From: Candidatus Poribacteria bacterium
Lineage (GTDB): Bacteria > Poribacteria > WGA-4E > GCA-2687025
Length of the DNA stretch: 64,000 nt
Assembly (NCBI GenBank): GCA_963665845.2
Contig: OY762492.1
Coordinates: forward strand, 2,208,001 to 2,272,000
Reading direction: 5' to 3'
Below are positions 10,176 through 20,786 of the stretch, piece after piece. The position numbers were made by a program, and so were the translations under genes. The notes under the pieces were generated by a model. That model saw only the letters and a program-made list of their open reading frames with translations, did not search any database and had not been told where the DNA came from. Every line of letters starts with the position of its first letter. Position 1 is the stretch's first letter.

Positions 10176-10934
10176 TCATTCGTCCGCGCCGTCCTCCGAC
10201 TCTTCCTCCGCCTCCGGCGGCAGTATCTCATCGCGCAGGGTGAATATCTCCACGCCGGGCGGCGGAATGAACTGAAACAGGCTTTCCTTCGGCTTCGCTT
10301 CGATGTCCACCTTCTTTAACTGAATCGCGGTAACAATGCCGCCGGGATTCGAATACGCAATCTGGATGGGCAGCCATGTTTCGCCGTCAATCCAGATGTC
10401 GAACAGCTCGGACGGCGCCTGCGCCTGCGGTTCCCCCTCTTTCGGCTTCGGCTCGTCCTCCTTCGGTTTCCGTTTGATCTGCAGGCGGTGGATATTCTTC
10501 TTCGCCGTGATCTCGTCATGGATGAGCGAGATGTCGTACAGTTCCGGCAGCGTTTCAAAAAAGGTTCCGACGCCCGGCAGCCACTCTTTAGCGCGGCTTT
10601 CCGGTATCTTCTTGCGGGTTGCCTGATTGTAAAAAGGCGTGTACGACCATGCCAGCTTTCCGTCGATCACAATCAGCTGCGTCACTTCGCTTGGGTCTTC
10701 TTCGTCAAAATACTCTAGCCGCAAGAGAGCCGGGGGCTTGAAATAGAGACGCGCGACCGCCTTCTCGCTCTGCGACCGGAAGATCGTCTCCTCATGAATC
10801 TCCGCCGTGAACCCCTCTAGGGACGCGTACAGCTTCTGCGTTTTTTCAAAAACCTGCAGCGCCGTCATCGGCTCCTTGTCAGGCTGCGGAACCGCCGCCG
10901 CAATCAGACACAACGCAACAATGCACTTCATCAT
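10176..10934 (-). CDS. lolA: Outer-membrane lipoprotein carrier LolA family protein
   Basis: Signal peptide; LYFKPPALLRLEY; IVIDGKLAWSY; FQFIPPPGV. Confidence 0.75.
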   Translation of the reverse strand: MMKCIVALCLIAAAVPQPDKEPMTALQVFEKTQKLYASLEGFTAEIHEETIFRSQSEKAVARLYFKPPALLRLEYFDEEDPSEVTQLIVIDGKLAWSYTPFYNQATRKKIPESRAKEWLPGVGTFFETLPELYDISLIHDEITAKKNIHRLQIKRKPKEDEPKPKEGEPQAQAPSELFDIWIDGETWLPIQIAYSNPGGIVTAIQLKKVDIEAKPKESLFQFIPPPGVEIFTLRDEILPPEAEEESEDGADE

Positions 10935-10964
10935 GGCAACACGCTTTCAACAATTCGCGCTTGG

Positions 10965-11909
10965 CTACACCGGTTCCAGTTCAGCATGCCCTTCTTTTTC
11001 AGGCGCGTCAAGCTGCTCATCCTCCTCTGGATCCCCCAGCCGCGACAAGATGCGCAGGCTGCGCAGCGCCTGCGTTTCGATCTGGCGGATGCGCTCGCGC
11101 GTCACATTCTGCATCTCGCCGATTTCGCGCAGGGAGCGCTCCCGCCCGTCCTCCAAACCGAACCGCAGACGCAGAATCTCGCGCTCTCGGTCGGGCAGCT
11201 GTTCAAGCAGCCGCTCAATCTCCTGCTCCAAGATGATGTTGGTCAGCAGCTCGTCGGCCGTTTCGCGCCGGTCGTCCGGAATCATGTCCATCATCGTCGC
11301 CGTCTCCGCGCTGTCGCCGATCGGCATGTCCAGCGGCAGCGCGTCCGCCTCAATCGACATGACGCTCCGAACCTGATTCTCCGGCCAGCCCAGCTCAACT
11401 CCGATCTCTATCAGGGTCGGTTCGCGCTCAAGTCTCTGGCGCAGCCTAGCCGCCGCCTCTTCGCACTTCGCTTTCTTGGCGACAATGTAGCTCGGCAGCC
11501 GAATGGAGCGGGCGTTGGCGTCCAGCGCGCGCATGACCGCCTGCCGTATCCACCAGACCGCATAGGTGCTGAATTTGAACCCGCGCCGGTAGTCGAACTT
11601 GTCGACGGCGCGCATCAAGCCGATGTTGCCCTCCTGAATCAGATCGGAAAGCGGCACATTATGACCCTGATACTTGGACGCGACGCTCACCACGAGGCGC
11701 AGGTTGGCGAGAGCCATCTCCTCCCGCGCCTTTTGATCGCCGCGTTCAATGCGCTGCGCAAGAGCCGCCTCTTCCTCGCGCGTCAGCAGCTTCGATTTTT
11801 GAATATCGCGCATCCACATCTGGAGCGCGTCCGGGGCGACGCCTCGATGTTCCGCCCCTTTTTGCGGTCGCTGCGCTTCCCCCTTTCGCCGACGGCGTTT
11901 CGCTGTCAT
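10965..11909 (-). CDS. RNA polymerase sigma factor, RpoD/RpoS family (no region 1.1)
   Basis: NLRLVVSVA, DLIQEGNIGLMRAVDKFD, FSTYAVWWIRQA, TRERIRQIE. Confidence 0.95.
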   Translation of the reverse strand: MTAKRRRRKGEAQRPQKGAEHRGVAPDALQMWMRDIQKSKLLTREEEAALAQRIERGDQKAREEMALANLRLVVSVASKYQGHNVPLSDLIQEGNIGLMRAVDKFDYRRGFKFSTYAVWWIRQAVMRALDANARSIRLPSYIVAKKAKCEEAAARLRQRLEREPTLIEIGVELGWPENQVRSVMSIEADALPLDMPIGDSAETATMMDMIPDDRRETADELLTNIILEQEIERLLEQLPDREREILRLRFGLEDGRERSLREIGEMQNVTRERIRQIETQALRSLRILSRLGDPEEDEQLDAPEKEGHAELEPV

Positions 11910-12003
11910 TTTTCATCTCCAAACGCTTTATGGACTAACATACGTATATAGACGCATTTAGAAATGAAACGTTGAGTCGGGCTGTCAGGTTTACACTGTA
12001 GGC

Positions 12004-12169
12004 AAACCTTAAGGATTTAGTTGGGACATGTCGGCATGGGAACGCGGACGTCTTCTGCAACGCCTCTAGATTCCCGCTTACGCGGGAATGACGGTTTGGT
12101 CAGCGGCGCCTTTTTCCCATGAATAGAGCGATCGTCAGTTCAAATGTCCCAACTTTCAGCATGAGGTCA
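12004..12169. repeat. MITE-like element family 1 copy
   Basis: TTAGTTGGGACAT...ATGTCCCAACTTT..GAGGTCA with an internal palindrome. Confidence 0.65.
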
Positions 12170-12188
12170 GATAGTCGCTAGCCCCTTT

Positions 12189-13043
12189 TTATGCAGGCGG
12201 CGCGATCGTCATCAGCTGCGGATTCAAGCTGCCCGTCCGGTACCCGTCCAGATCCAACGACACGAAGCGGTAACCGATCTCCCGAAGGGTTGAGGCGATC
12301 TTTTCATAGGCTCCGTTTTGAAAGACGCGCCCCATCTCTTCAGGCGCCATTTCGATGCGCGCGATGGACCATCCGCCGGACGGGTCCTCATGGTGGCGGA
12401 CGCGAAACTGGCGGAAGCCGAGCTGATGGAGGCAATCTTCAGCCGCGTCCACCTGCGCCAACTTCTTCGCGGAGATGCGCGTCCCATGCGGAAAACGGGA
12501 CGAAAGGCATGCCAAAGCAGGCTTGTTCCAGGTCGACAAGCCGAGCGCCTTCGATAAGGCGCGGATGTCCTCCTTCGTCATGCCGGCTTCCAAAAGCGGC
12601 GCATGGACGCGCCATTTGCGCGCCGCTTCCATGCCAGGTCGGTAGTCGCCCGTATCGTCCAGATTCGCGCCGTACGCCACATTTCGAATGCCGGTCTCCT
12701 CCGAGACCGCCTCCAGCTGCGTGAACAGCTCATCTTTACAAAAATAGCAGCGGTTCGACGCGTTTTTGGCGTAATCCTCATTTTGAAGTTCGTACGCGCG
12801 CGCTTCTCGTAGGCGCACCCCGATCTCATCGGCGACGACGCGGGCGGCGCGCAGCTCGCGGGCGGGCAGCGACTCCGAGACGGCGATGACGGCTAAAGCG
12901 CGCTCGCCGAGGGCGTCGTACGCCAGCTTCGCAAGCAAGGCGCTGTCGACGCCGCCGGAGTAAGCAATCAGCGCCGACTCCAGATCGGACAGCCGCCGGG
13001 TCGCTTCGACATATTTTTCAGTCAACGGGCGGGACAACTCCAT
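12189..13043 (-). CDS. larE: ATP-dependent sacrificial sulfur transferase LarE
   Basis: PP-loop AYSGGVDS, NRCYFCK, DYRPG, ACLSSRFP, FRVRHH, LDLDGYRTGS. Confidence 0.92.
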   Translation of the reverse strand: MELSRPLTEKYVEATRRLSDLESALIAYSGGVDSALLAKLAYDALGERALAVIAVSESLPARELRAARVVADEIGVRLREARAYELQNEDYAKNASNRCYFCKDELFTQLEAVSEETGIRNVAYGANLDDTGDYRPGMEAARKWRVHAPLLEAGMTKEDIRALSKALGLSTWNKPALACLSSRFPHGTRISAKKLAQVDAAEDCLHQLGFRQFRVRHHEDPSGGWSIARIEMAPEEMGRVFQNGAYEKIASTLREIGYRFVSLDLDGYRTGSLNPQLMTIAPPA

Positions 13044-13060
13044 GAACGCCCCCTTCGTCA

Positions 13061-14833
13061 TTAAGCCTCTTCAGTCGCGGTCGGGTCGGGTCGTTTGTAA
13101 CGGCTCATATAACGGACGATCTCTCCGATCATCCACAGCTCCAGCGCAAAAATCAAACCGCCGATGAGAACAAGATGCCACTTCCCTTCGCCGACATGCA
13201 GATACAGATTTCCGATCAACGCCCATCCGCTCACCGCCAGCATGAACGCCATCGGCAGAGATGTGTAGAACGTACGCTTGCTTTGCTTCGCCAGCCAGAC
13301 GGTGATCACAAGCAGCGCCAGCGCGCCAATCAGCTGATTTGCCGTCCCGAAGAGCGGCCAGAGAGTCATGCCGCCGGTTCCGCCGTTTTGAAACGCCAGC
13401 AAAGCCGCCGAGCCGACCGCAAAGACGGTCGCCCCATGCCGAGTCTGCAGCGGCTTGACATTCAAATCTTCCGCAATCTCCGTCACAATATACCGCTGAA
13501 GGCGCGTCGCCGTGTCCAGCGTCGTCCCTGCGAACGAGGCGACCATGACGCCCATGATGGCGACCGCTATCGCTTCCGGTATTCCGATCGCCATGATCAT
13601 CTGCGCGGAGCCGTCCACAAAGGCGCCCAGTTTCGCGCCCAGCCCGTTCGCGGCTCCCCATTCGGCGTAACGCTCCGTGAAGGCGGCGACTCCGAGCGCG
13701 GAACCGTCCGCGCCTGCTTTTAAGCCGATCGCGGCGCCGCATGCGATGACGACCATCGTCGCCAGCGCGCCTTCCAGCAGCATCGCGCCGTAGCCGACCG
13801 ACCGCGCATGCGACTCGGACGCCATCTGCTTCGATGTGGTGCCTGAAGAGACGAGGCAGTGGAAACCTGAAACGGCGCCGCATGCGATCGTGATAAACAC
13901 AAACGGAATGAGAGCCGGGGCGCCTGCAATGCCGGCTCCGCCCGCCGTTGTCAAGCTCTTGATCTTTTCCCAAAAAGAGATGTCTTCTGGAAGCGAGACG
14001 TTGACCGCCGGGGCGACCATCTCTGGACGCGAAAGAAGCAAGCCGATGATCAACAGCGTCAGCACAATGAACAGCTGATGTCCGTTGATATAGTCGCGCG
14101 GCTGAAGCAGCTTTTGAACAGGCAGAACCGACGCGATGTAGGCGTAGACGAACAGGATAACGGACCACCAGATCACCGACGAAACGCCGAAAAAGTCGGG
14201 CATCGAGAGCGGAACATACGCGCCGATGACGACAAACAGGTACAGCAAAGCCGCCGCGATGATCGCCATGACGCCTGAATTCGCGCCGCGCTTGTAGATC
14301 ATATGCCCAACCCAGAGGGCGATCGGGAGTTCCACCCATACCGCCAAGACCGATGTTGGATACAGCTTAAAGATGGTCGCAATGACGAGCGCGAAGACGG
14401 CTAAGACGATGAAGAGCGCGATCAGGAGTATCCATAAAAACGCGCGCTTGACGCTCGGCGTGACGATCGCCTCGGCGATGTCGCCGATGGTGCGCCCCTT
14501 ATTGCGAAGCGACAATACCAACGCGCCGAGGTCATGAACGGCGCCGACAAAGATGGAGCCGAAGACGACCCAGATCATCGCCGGAACCCAGCCCCAGATG
14601 ACCGCAATCGCCGGACCGACGATCGGACCGACGCCGGCTATCGAGGTGAAATGATGCCCGAAAAGGATCTCCCGCTTCGTCGGGACATAATCGCGCCCGT
14701 CTTCCAACTCATTCGCGGGCGTTTTTCGGCTCGGATCGATCCCGAACAGCTTCTGGGCAAGAAATTTGCCGTAGGTGTTGTACGCGACAATAAAGCCGAC
14801 AAAGGCGAACAGGGCGATCCAGATAGAGTTCAT
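13061..14833 (-). CDS. cstA: Carbon starvation protein A family transporter
   Basis: GHHFTSIAGVGPIVGP, LLQPRDY, ITIACGAVSGFH, LWPLFGTANQL; many TM helices. Confidence 0.93.
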   Translation of the reverse strand: MNSIWIALFAFVGFIVAYNTYGKFLAQKLFGIDPSRKTPANELEDGRDYVPTKREILFGHHFTSIAGVGPIVGPAIAVIWGWVPAMIWVVFGSIFVGAVHDLGALVLSLRNKGRTIGDIAEAIVTPSVKRAFLWILLIALFIVLAVFALVIATIFKLYPTSVLAVWVELPIALWVGHMIYKRGANSGVMAIIAAALLYLFVVIGAYVPLSMPDFFGVSSVIWWSVILFVYAYIASVLPVQKLLQPRDYINGHQLFIVLTLLIIGLLLSRPEMVAPAVNVSLPEDISFWEKIKSLTTAGGAGIAGAPALIPFVFITIACGAVSGFHCLVSSGTTSKQMASESHARSVGYGAMLLEGALATMVVIACGAAIGLKAGADGSALGVAAFTERYAEWGAANGLGAKLGAFVDGSAQMIMAIGIPEAIAVAIMGVMVASFAGTTLDTATRLQRYIVTEIAEDLNVKPLQTRHGATVFAVGSAALLAFQNGGTGGMTLWPLFGTANQLIGALALLVITVWLAKQSKRTFYTSLPMAFMLAVSGWALIGNLYLHVGEGKWHLVLIGGLIFALELWMIGEIVRYMSRYKRPDPTATEEA

Positions 14834-14858
14834 ACGCTCTCACATTCGATTCACTGCA

Positions 14859-15791
14859 TTAAGCGTTATGATGCCATGAAGCGCGGCGCGCTGCAAGCAC
14901 AAGCAACGCCCCCCGCTCCACCTTAAAAGAGGCGGGCGTCTCGGCGGCAGGCTCCCCGTCAGCATAGACCAACTGCGGCTCCTCCGTTTCAAGTTGCAGC
15001 GCGCTCGTCGTCAACATCTCCACGCCGCGCCGTCCGACATGCGCGCCTTTCATAATCAGCGCCAACAAACGCAGCCGCTCCAAACGGCTTGTCCGCCCAA
15101 TCAGGCACACGTTGAGCAGTCCGTCCTCCGTCTCGGCGCCGGGCGCGATATGAAACCGCTTTCCGTACACAGCCGTATTCGCCGCGGCGCACAAGGTGGC
15201 TTCCAGCCGCCGCTTGCCAAAATCGCCCCGTATGTTGACGGGAATGCGGCGGTATGTCCACGCTTGGCGAACCGCCTCAACCAGATAGCTGCGACCCGAC
15301 CTGCGCGTCTCTCGGCTGATATGCGCGTCGATTCCAAACGCGGCGACGGTGCAAAACCGCGTCCCGTTCACATTGCCGAGGTCGATGGGGCGAATCTCGG
15401 CGTCTGTTCCGCCGCGTTCTTTTATTTGTTTAAAATGGCGCGCGATCAACTGCGCAGCGCGTTCGGCGTCGTCCGGGATTCTCATCGCCCGCGCAAAATC
15501 GTTCGCCCTGCCGGCGGGTATCAGCGCGAGAGCGGTTTTTGTATGAGCGAGCGCGTTCGCCGCCGCATGGGCGGAGCCGTCCCCTCCGCATACGGCGACA
15601 GCTGCGCGCTTCTCTTCCGCCGCGCGCGCCGCCGCCTCCCGCGTCTCATCGGGCGACCTGCAGAGCGCCAGCTCCGTCTGAACGCCGGCGCTTTCTAGGA
15701 TTCGGCGCGCCTTCTCGCCGGCGGACGCCCCGCGCCCCCGTCCCGCCTGCGGATTCACCAACAATAAAAGCGGACGCGCCTCACGAGACAT
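14859..15791 (-). CDS. Diacylglycerol/lipid kinase family (YegS/BmrU-like)
   Basis: NPQAG, GGDGS, PAGRANDFAR, ADGE; ATG 15791 overlaps the upstream stop. Confidence 0.88.
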   Translation of the reverse strand: MSREARPLLLLVNPQAGRGRGASAGEKARRILESAGVQTELALCRSPDETREAAARAAEEKRAAVAVCGGDGSAHAAANALAHTKTALALIPAGRANDFARAMRIPDDAERAAQLIARHFKQIKERGGTDAEIRPIDLGNVNGTRFCTVAAFGIDAHISRETRRSGRSYLVEAVRQAWTYRRIPVNIRGDFGKRRLEATLCAAANTAVYGKRFHIAPGAETEDGLLNVCLIGRTSRLERLRLLALIMKGAHVGRRGVEMLTTSALQLETEEPQLVYADGEPAAETPASFKVERGALLVLAARRASWHHNA

Positions 15792-17385
15792 CGCAGACAA
15801 AAAGCGGCGGCCAATGAAAATTCGTGATCTTCGGATCGCCCCCCGTAAAGCTCTTCGCCTTCTCGACCGCCTCCTCCATCGTCTGCGCGGTGTCGTAACC
15901 CATGCGCTCCGCCGCTTCAACGGAACGGGCGTTGCGCGGTTTCAACACAATCGTTTTGCCGAGATGATTCAGCCCATGCGCGCCCCAATACCACATATAC
16001 AGCGCATGCGCCCCATGGTACGCATACTCTTCGCGGTACATCCGAATATATTTTGGATTTTGCGCAAATTTCGGCTCAATTTCATGGTACAGCGTTTCCA
16101 TGTCGGTCGTCTCTGGAAACACCTCGTCAAACAGCTCAATGTAGGACGGGTGGTGCTGTTCATGAAAAAGATAGTCCAGCGGATGCGCCATGATCAAAAC
16201 GCCGCCCTCCCGAACCAGCGGCTTGCCGCGGTACAGGTTGAACATATACCCCAGCATCAAGCAATGCGCCAGCAGCGGGTTCATGATCGAATTCACATTA
16301 TACGGTCCGATGTACGGCGTTCCCGCAATCAGAATGTCGCACTGCCCCTCCACCGGAACCGCCTGCTGCTTGAAGACGTTCTCCAGCGTCCGCGCATGCA
16401 CAGGATCGGTCCTGCCCGCCTGAACGCTCGTCAACCCGTACGGCGCGCGCATCGATTGAAAAATTGCCCGCATCGCTGAATTTGGAAGAATGGCGGCAGA
16501 GTTTTTGTTGAAATGAAAATTCGCCTTGTCCAAGAAAGACCACTCATCCTCCCGCTTCTGTAAAAACGGAAACATATGCGGGAAGGTGGCGCTGTTGAAG
16601 GTCGACTCGATATGAAACACGTTCAGGTTCTCGTTCACGATCTTGCCCATGCGGTTCAACGAATCATGCATCGCCGAACGAGTCGGGTCCATCAAGGAGC
16701 GGGTCTCGCTCAACACGCCGGGGTTATGGTGATGGTACAGGCTGCGGTAGGAGGTCAAGCCCGTGTTGAGCGACTTATGCCCGCCGTCCATGGAGGACAG
16801 GTTCAGGTTCACATAGATGACCAGGTCGGATTCGGCGGCGCGCCGGTGTATCTCCACATGCTCGCCATGTTCGGTCTTTCCAAGCAGAACCATGTTGTCG
16901 ACATCTTCGGCGTCATGGTTGTACAGCTGCCCCGACGGGTGAAACTGGTTGAAGATGTTGGGACCGACCTGCTCCTTGATCTCCTTCGGCGTCATGCGGC
17001 GATGCAAGCCGAGGGCGGCGATCATGTGTATGTCGTCGATGCCGGCGGCGGTCAGCTTTTCAACCAGCAGCTCCATCGCCGTCCGCCGAAAGTCGGGCTG
17101 GCGCATCGGCGGCAGCGTCAGCGACAGGTCGTCAAACGCGATGGTCACTTTCATGCCGGGGCGCAGCTGGGCGGAAAGCGGGTCCGCCTCCAGCGGGTTC
17201 TCTATTGCCCGCTCCACCTCGCCGCGGACATCCTGAATCGGCGGCAGCGGCTTCGGCGGATAGATGACGCGCGTTCCCTTCGGCATCTTTTCAAAAAGAA
17301 ACCCCTCGCCGTAATGCATCAAGAACCGCTTATCAGGATCCTCAACATACTGGATCAGATCCGACCTGTCGGGCGCGTCGTTCAT
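15781..17385 (-). CDS. Lactate racemase LarA-domain (DUF2088) protein
   Basis: KVTIAFDD, ALGLHR, NHDAED, GGHKS (cofactor Lys motif), DILIAG; larE lies in the same strand run. Confidence 0.75.
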   Translation of the reverse strand: MNDAPDRSDLIQYVEDPDKRFLMHYGEGFLFEKMPKGTRVIYPPKPLPPIQDVRGEVERAIENPLEADPLSAQLRPGMKVTIAFDDLSLTLPPMRQPDFRRTAMELLVEKLTAAGIDDIHMIAALGLHRRMTPKEIKEQVGPNIFNQFHPSGQLYNHDAEDVDNMVLLGKTEHGEHVEIHRRAAESDLVIYVNLNLSSMDGGHKSLNTGLTSYRSLYHHHNPGVLSETRSLMDPTRSAMHDSLNRMGKIVNENLNVFHIESTFNSATFPHMFPFLQKREDEWSFLDKANFHFNKNSAAILPNSAMRAIFQSMRAPYGLTSVQAGRTDPVHARTLENVFKQQAVPVEGQCDILIAGTPYIGPYNVNSIMNPLLAHCLMLGYMFNLYRGKPLVREGGVLIMAHPLDYLFHEQHHPSYIELFDEVFPETTDMETLYHEIEPKFAQNPKYIRMYREEYAYHGAHALYMWYWGAHGLNHLGKTIVLKPRNARSVEAAERMGYDTAQTMEEAVEKAKSFTGGDPKITNFHWPPLFVCDVS

Positions 17386-17478
17386 AAGGCTCCATCCTCC
17401 GCCGCTTTGCTTTTTTCATGATACAACAGCCCCGCCGCATATTCTATCGATTTGTTCAACGGCGTCCGCGCCGCCGAT

Positions 17479-17985
17479 CCGTCATTCCCGTGAAAACGGG
17501 AATCTTAGGCGCCGCAGAAGACGTCCGCGCCGCCGATCCGTCATTCCCGCGTAAGCGGGAATCCAGATTTCCGCCGGAAACCGTCCGCGTCCGCCCGCCG
17601 CGTCCGGCGTAAACCCCCCTAGCCCCCCTTTTCAAGGGGGGAATCGGATGCGCCGGGCCTGCAGACCGTCATTCCCGTGAAAACGGGAATCTTAGGCGCC
17701 GCAGAAGACGTCCGCGCCGCCGATCCGTCATTCCCGCGTAAGCGGGAATCCAGATTTCCGCCGGAAACCGTCCGCGTCCGCCCGCCGCGTCCGGCGTAAA
17801 CCCCCCTAGCCCCCCTTTCAAGGGGGGAATCGGATGCGCCGGGCCTGCAGACCGTCATTCCCGCGCAAGCGGGAATCTAGAGGCGCCGCAGAAGACGTCC
17901 GCGTTCGCATGCCGACATGTCCCAACTTAAGACGTAAGGTCGGTTAAACCCCCCTAGCCCCCCTTTTCAAGGGGGGAATCGGTTT
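17479..17985. repeat. Composite REP cluster with a ~187-bp direct duplication
   Basis: 17479-17665 is repeated at 17666-~17851; contains ATTCCC-N8-GGGAAT and CCCCCCTTTTCAAGGGGGG palindromes. Confidence 0.85.
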
Positions 17986-18113
17986 TCAGCGTGTTGATTT
18001 TCTTTTAACGGTAGAAAAAACCGCCTGAAACCGTCATAATTTCTGCCGGCATTAAACTTTCTACCGCGGCGGCGCGTCTAAGATTTGAACGACCTTTGCG
18101 GAGGCTCTAGATT

Positions 18114-18704
18114 ATGAAACCGCCTGACCATTATCTGGTTCAGCAATTTAAAAACGGCGACAAGTCCGCGTTCGACGTTTTGACCGAGCGGCATTACAAG
18201 CGCATCTACGATTACGCCTACTACCAGACGCGCAATGTGGACGATTCCTACGACATCGCGCAGGAGGTGTTTTTTCGCGCGTTCAAGTCGCTTCATAATT
18301 TCAAAGGCAACTCCACTTTTTACACTTGGATCTACCAGATCGCGCGAAACGCATGCGTCGATTACTACAGGCGGCGAAGCTCCAGACCGACGGTGGAGCT
18401 GACCGAGGAGATGATCAACCAAGAAAACATCTCCACCATGCGCCAGCCCGAACGGCGGCCGGACAGCATCGTTCTTGGAAAAGAGCTGGAGGAGCAGATA
18501 CGCGCCGCCGTCAGCCAGCTGCCTGAAAAGCAACGGCAGGTTTTTATTTTAAGACATTTTGAGGGGCTTTCGCTCCAGGAAATCGCGACGGTCATGGACA
18601 GAAGCCTTGGAACGATCAAGGCGCATCTGCACCATTCCACGCGCAAAGTTTGGAAACTTCTGGAACCGTATCTCTCCGACAAACCAGTTCGGAAAGGGGG
18701 ATAA
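18114..18704 (+). CDS. ECF RNA polymerase sigma factor (RpoE-like)
   Basis: DIAQEVF, FYTWIYQIARN, LPEKQRQVFILR, EIA..MDRSLGTIK. Confidence 0.92.
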   Translation: MKPPDHYLVQQFKNGDKSAFDVLTERHYKRIYDYAYYQTRNVDDSYDIAQEVFFRAFKSLHNFKGNSTFYTWIYQIARNACVDYYRRRSSRPTVELTEEMINQENISTMRQPERRPDSIVLGKELEEQIRAAVSQLPEKQRQVFILRHFEGLSLQEIATVMDRSLGTIKAHLHHSTRKVWKLLEPYLSDKPVRKGG

Positions 18705-18710
18705 CCAATC

Positions 18711-19271
18711 ATGCATAGGTTTTGGAAACGCCGATTTGAACGACAAATTCCGCTGTACGACGAGGGGCTTCTCTCCGATTCGCAGCGCAGGCGGTTCGAA
18801 CGCGAACTCGCCAAAAACGAACCGCTGGCAGACGCTCTCCGCCGATACGGACGGCTCATGGGTACGGTCAAGCGGCTGCAGCCTGTTTATCCGCCGCGCG
18901 CCAAATGGGAGCAGTTTTTGCCGACGCTCCACCGCCGCATTGAAGAGACCGACATGGAGCAGCCGAGCGGATGGTACGCCCAGCTGATACGTCGGCTTTA
19001 CAATCGGCTTCATTCGCCCGCCGCGCCGCGCCCTCGGTGGATTGAAAAAGCCGCGTTTGGGCTTGCCGGCGCCGCCCTTGGAGCGGCCGCGGCGTTTTAC
19101 ATTGGACAGATCCTGCCTGTTCAAAACGGCTCCGACGCGCCGCTCTCTCAAGAGCGGCAAATTGAACAGCCCGCCGAGCAAACCGCCGCAGGGGGCGCCG
19201 CCTTTGAAGAGCCGATTGTGGAAGATTACGGCGGACCGCACCATCTCATCGCGGATCCTTCTAGGGAGTGA
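18711..19271 (+). CDS. Putative membrane anti-sigma factor
   Basis: Follows the ECF gene; zf-HC2-like N-terminus without Cys (YDEGLLSDSQRRRFEREL); single TM. Confidence 0.65.
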   Translation: MHRFWKRRFERQIPLYDEGLLSDSQRRRFERELAKNEPLADALRRYGRLMGTVKRLQPVYPPRAKWEQFLPTLHRRIEETDMEQPSGWYAQLIRRLYNRLHSPAAPRPRWIEKAAFGLAGAALGAAAAFYIGQILPVQNGSDAPLSQERQIEQPAEQTAAGGAAFEEPIVEDYGGPHHLIADPSRE

Positions 19272-19864
19272 AGACGATGCGCGCCTCTTATCGAACGTTC
19301 ATCTGGATCGCGGTTGTCGCGGTTTCTTCTCTTGCGGTCGGCTTGTCGCTTCAGTTCGTTTTGCCGGTTTTCACCCACGCGAACGGCGACAGCGTTGAAG
19401 CGCCTGCCCGCCCCGGTCCGCCGCCGCTCAATCTCTCGGAGGATGAGCTGCGCGAAGCGGTGGAAGCGTACAAGCTTTACATGTTCTCCAGAGACCTTGA
19501 CCTGACGCCTGAACAGCTCGGCGCCGCGCTTCCGTTGTGGGGGAAGCTGATCGAGATGCGTTCCGAGTTTTGGAGCGACCGGCGCATGCGGCTTCAGGAG
19601 CTGCGCGGGACGGTCGACTCGGCGCCCGATTCGGACGCGCTCGCGGAAGCGGCGCAGACGTTTCGCCGGGCGGATGAAAACTTTTGGGAATCGTTCCGCG
19701 CTGACGAGAGGGAGCTGATGAGCCTCTTGACGCCGCGCCAGCAGGCGCTGTATATTTTAGCGGACGCGGAGCATCCCAGACGCGCCGCCCGCATCTACCG
19801 CGCGCTGCGGAGCGTTGACGGTTCCAACGCAACAAGAAGCCCGATACTGTCCGACCGCCGCTAG
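19268..19864 (+). CDS. Periplasmic Spy/CpxP-like protein
   Basis: N-terminal TM; LDLTPEQ and LLTPRQQ motifs; third gene of the ECF operon. Confidence 0.6.
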   Translation: MKTMRASYRTFIWIAVVAVSSLAVGLSLQFVLPVFTHANGDSVEAPARPGPPPLNLSEDELREAVEAYKLYMFSRDLDLTPEQLGAALPLWGKLIEMRSEFWSDRRMRLQELRGTVDSAPDSDALAEAAQTFRRADENFWESFRADERELMSLLTPRQQALYILADAEHPRRAARIYRALRSVDGSNATRSPILSDRR

Positions 19865-19881
19865 AGGAGACGCCGTTCGAT

Positions 19882-20169
19882 ATGGCAGAGCTGTTAGCTT
19901 TTCTGTTCTTCGCTCAGAACGGGTTTTTTGCGCTGATCGGCGTCATCGCGCTTTATCGATATTTGTGGACTAAAATCGCTCAAAGCGGTTCGGTCAGGAA
20001 AACGGCGGAGCCGATGCGCAGAGAAGCGGAGGAGCCGCGCGAACTGGAACTGGAAACGGAGCTGCGCTCGCTGCGCGAAATGGCGGATATGCTCGCCCTG
20101 GAGCAGCAGCGCATGCGAAAAGAGGCGGCTCTCATCGACAAGGTTAGAAAGGGCGACCGTGGATCCTGA
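19882..20169 (+). CDS. Small membrane protein (TM + coiled coil)
   Basis: GAGGAG RBS; hydrophobic N-terminus; ELRSLREMADMLALE. Confidence 0.6.
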   Translation: MAELLAFLFFAQNGFFALIGVIALYRYLWTKIAQSGSVRKTAEPMRREAEEPRELELETELRSLREMADMLALEQQRMRKEAALIDKVRKGDRGS

Positions 20170-20443
20170 ACCTTTCGCGGTTCTATTTATTCTTCAGAAC
20201 ATGGCGCTGTTCGCGTTCACAGCGATTTTTCTGGCGCTGGCGTTCTGGTCTTTGAAGAAAGGGGCGCGCGACTCGGAGAGAGAACGGATGCGCGCCATGC
20301 GGGATCAACGCCAAAAGTATGAAGAGCAGATTCACGGCGAAATGCGCGCCCTGCGCGAAACGATGGCAGACCTGATCTTAGAAATGCACCGCGAACGCAA
20401 AAACGCCCCCGAAACGAAAGTGGAAGAGCGGCTCGAACATTAG
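20159..20443 (+). CDS. Small membrane protein, paralog of 19882-20169
   Basis: LQN..F TM and EMRALRETMADLILE shared with the neighbour. Confidence 0.6.
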   Translation: MDPEPFAVLFILQNMALFAFTAIFLALAFWSLKKGARDSERERMRAMRDQRQKYEEQIHGEMRALRETMADLILEMHRERKNAPETKVEERLEH

Positions 20444-20574
20444 CCGCCGTTTCATACCCCGCCGACATTGCCGCCGAATGAACCGCGCTCGGCTGACGGC
20501 AGCGCGCCCATACGGGGATATTTGCGGCGCCGCATCCGATTCCCCTTTGAAAAGGGGGGCTAGGGGGGTTTAAC

Positions 20575-20740
20575 TGACCTCACGCCTAAAGTAGGGACAT
20601 CCCGGCATGGAAACGCGGACGGTTTCGAGGTGGACTCTGGATTCCCGCTTACGCGGGAATGACGGTCTGGTTGGCGGCGCCTTTTTCCCATGAATAGAGC
20701 GATCGTCGGTTCAAATGTCCCAACTTTACGCATAAGGTCA
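20575..20740. repeat. MITE-like element family 1 copy
   Basis: TGACCT..AAAGTAGGGACA ... TGTCCCAACTTT..AGGTCA. Confidence 0.65.
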
Positions 20741-20786
20741 GGTTTAAGGGGCGGGCGCGGCGGCTTCTACCTTAAGATTCCCGCTT

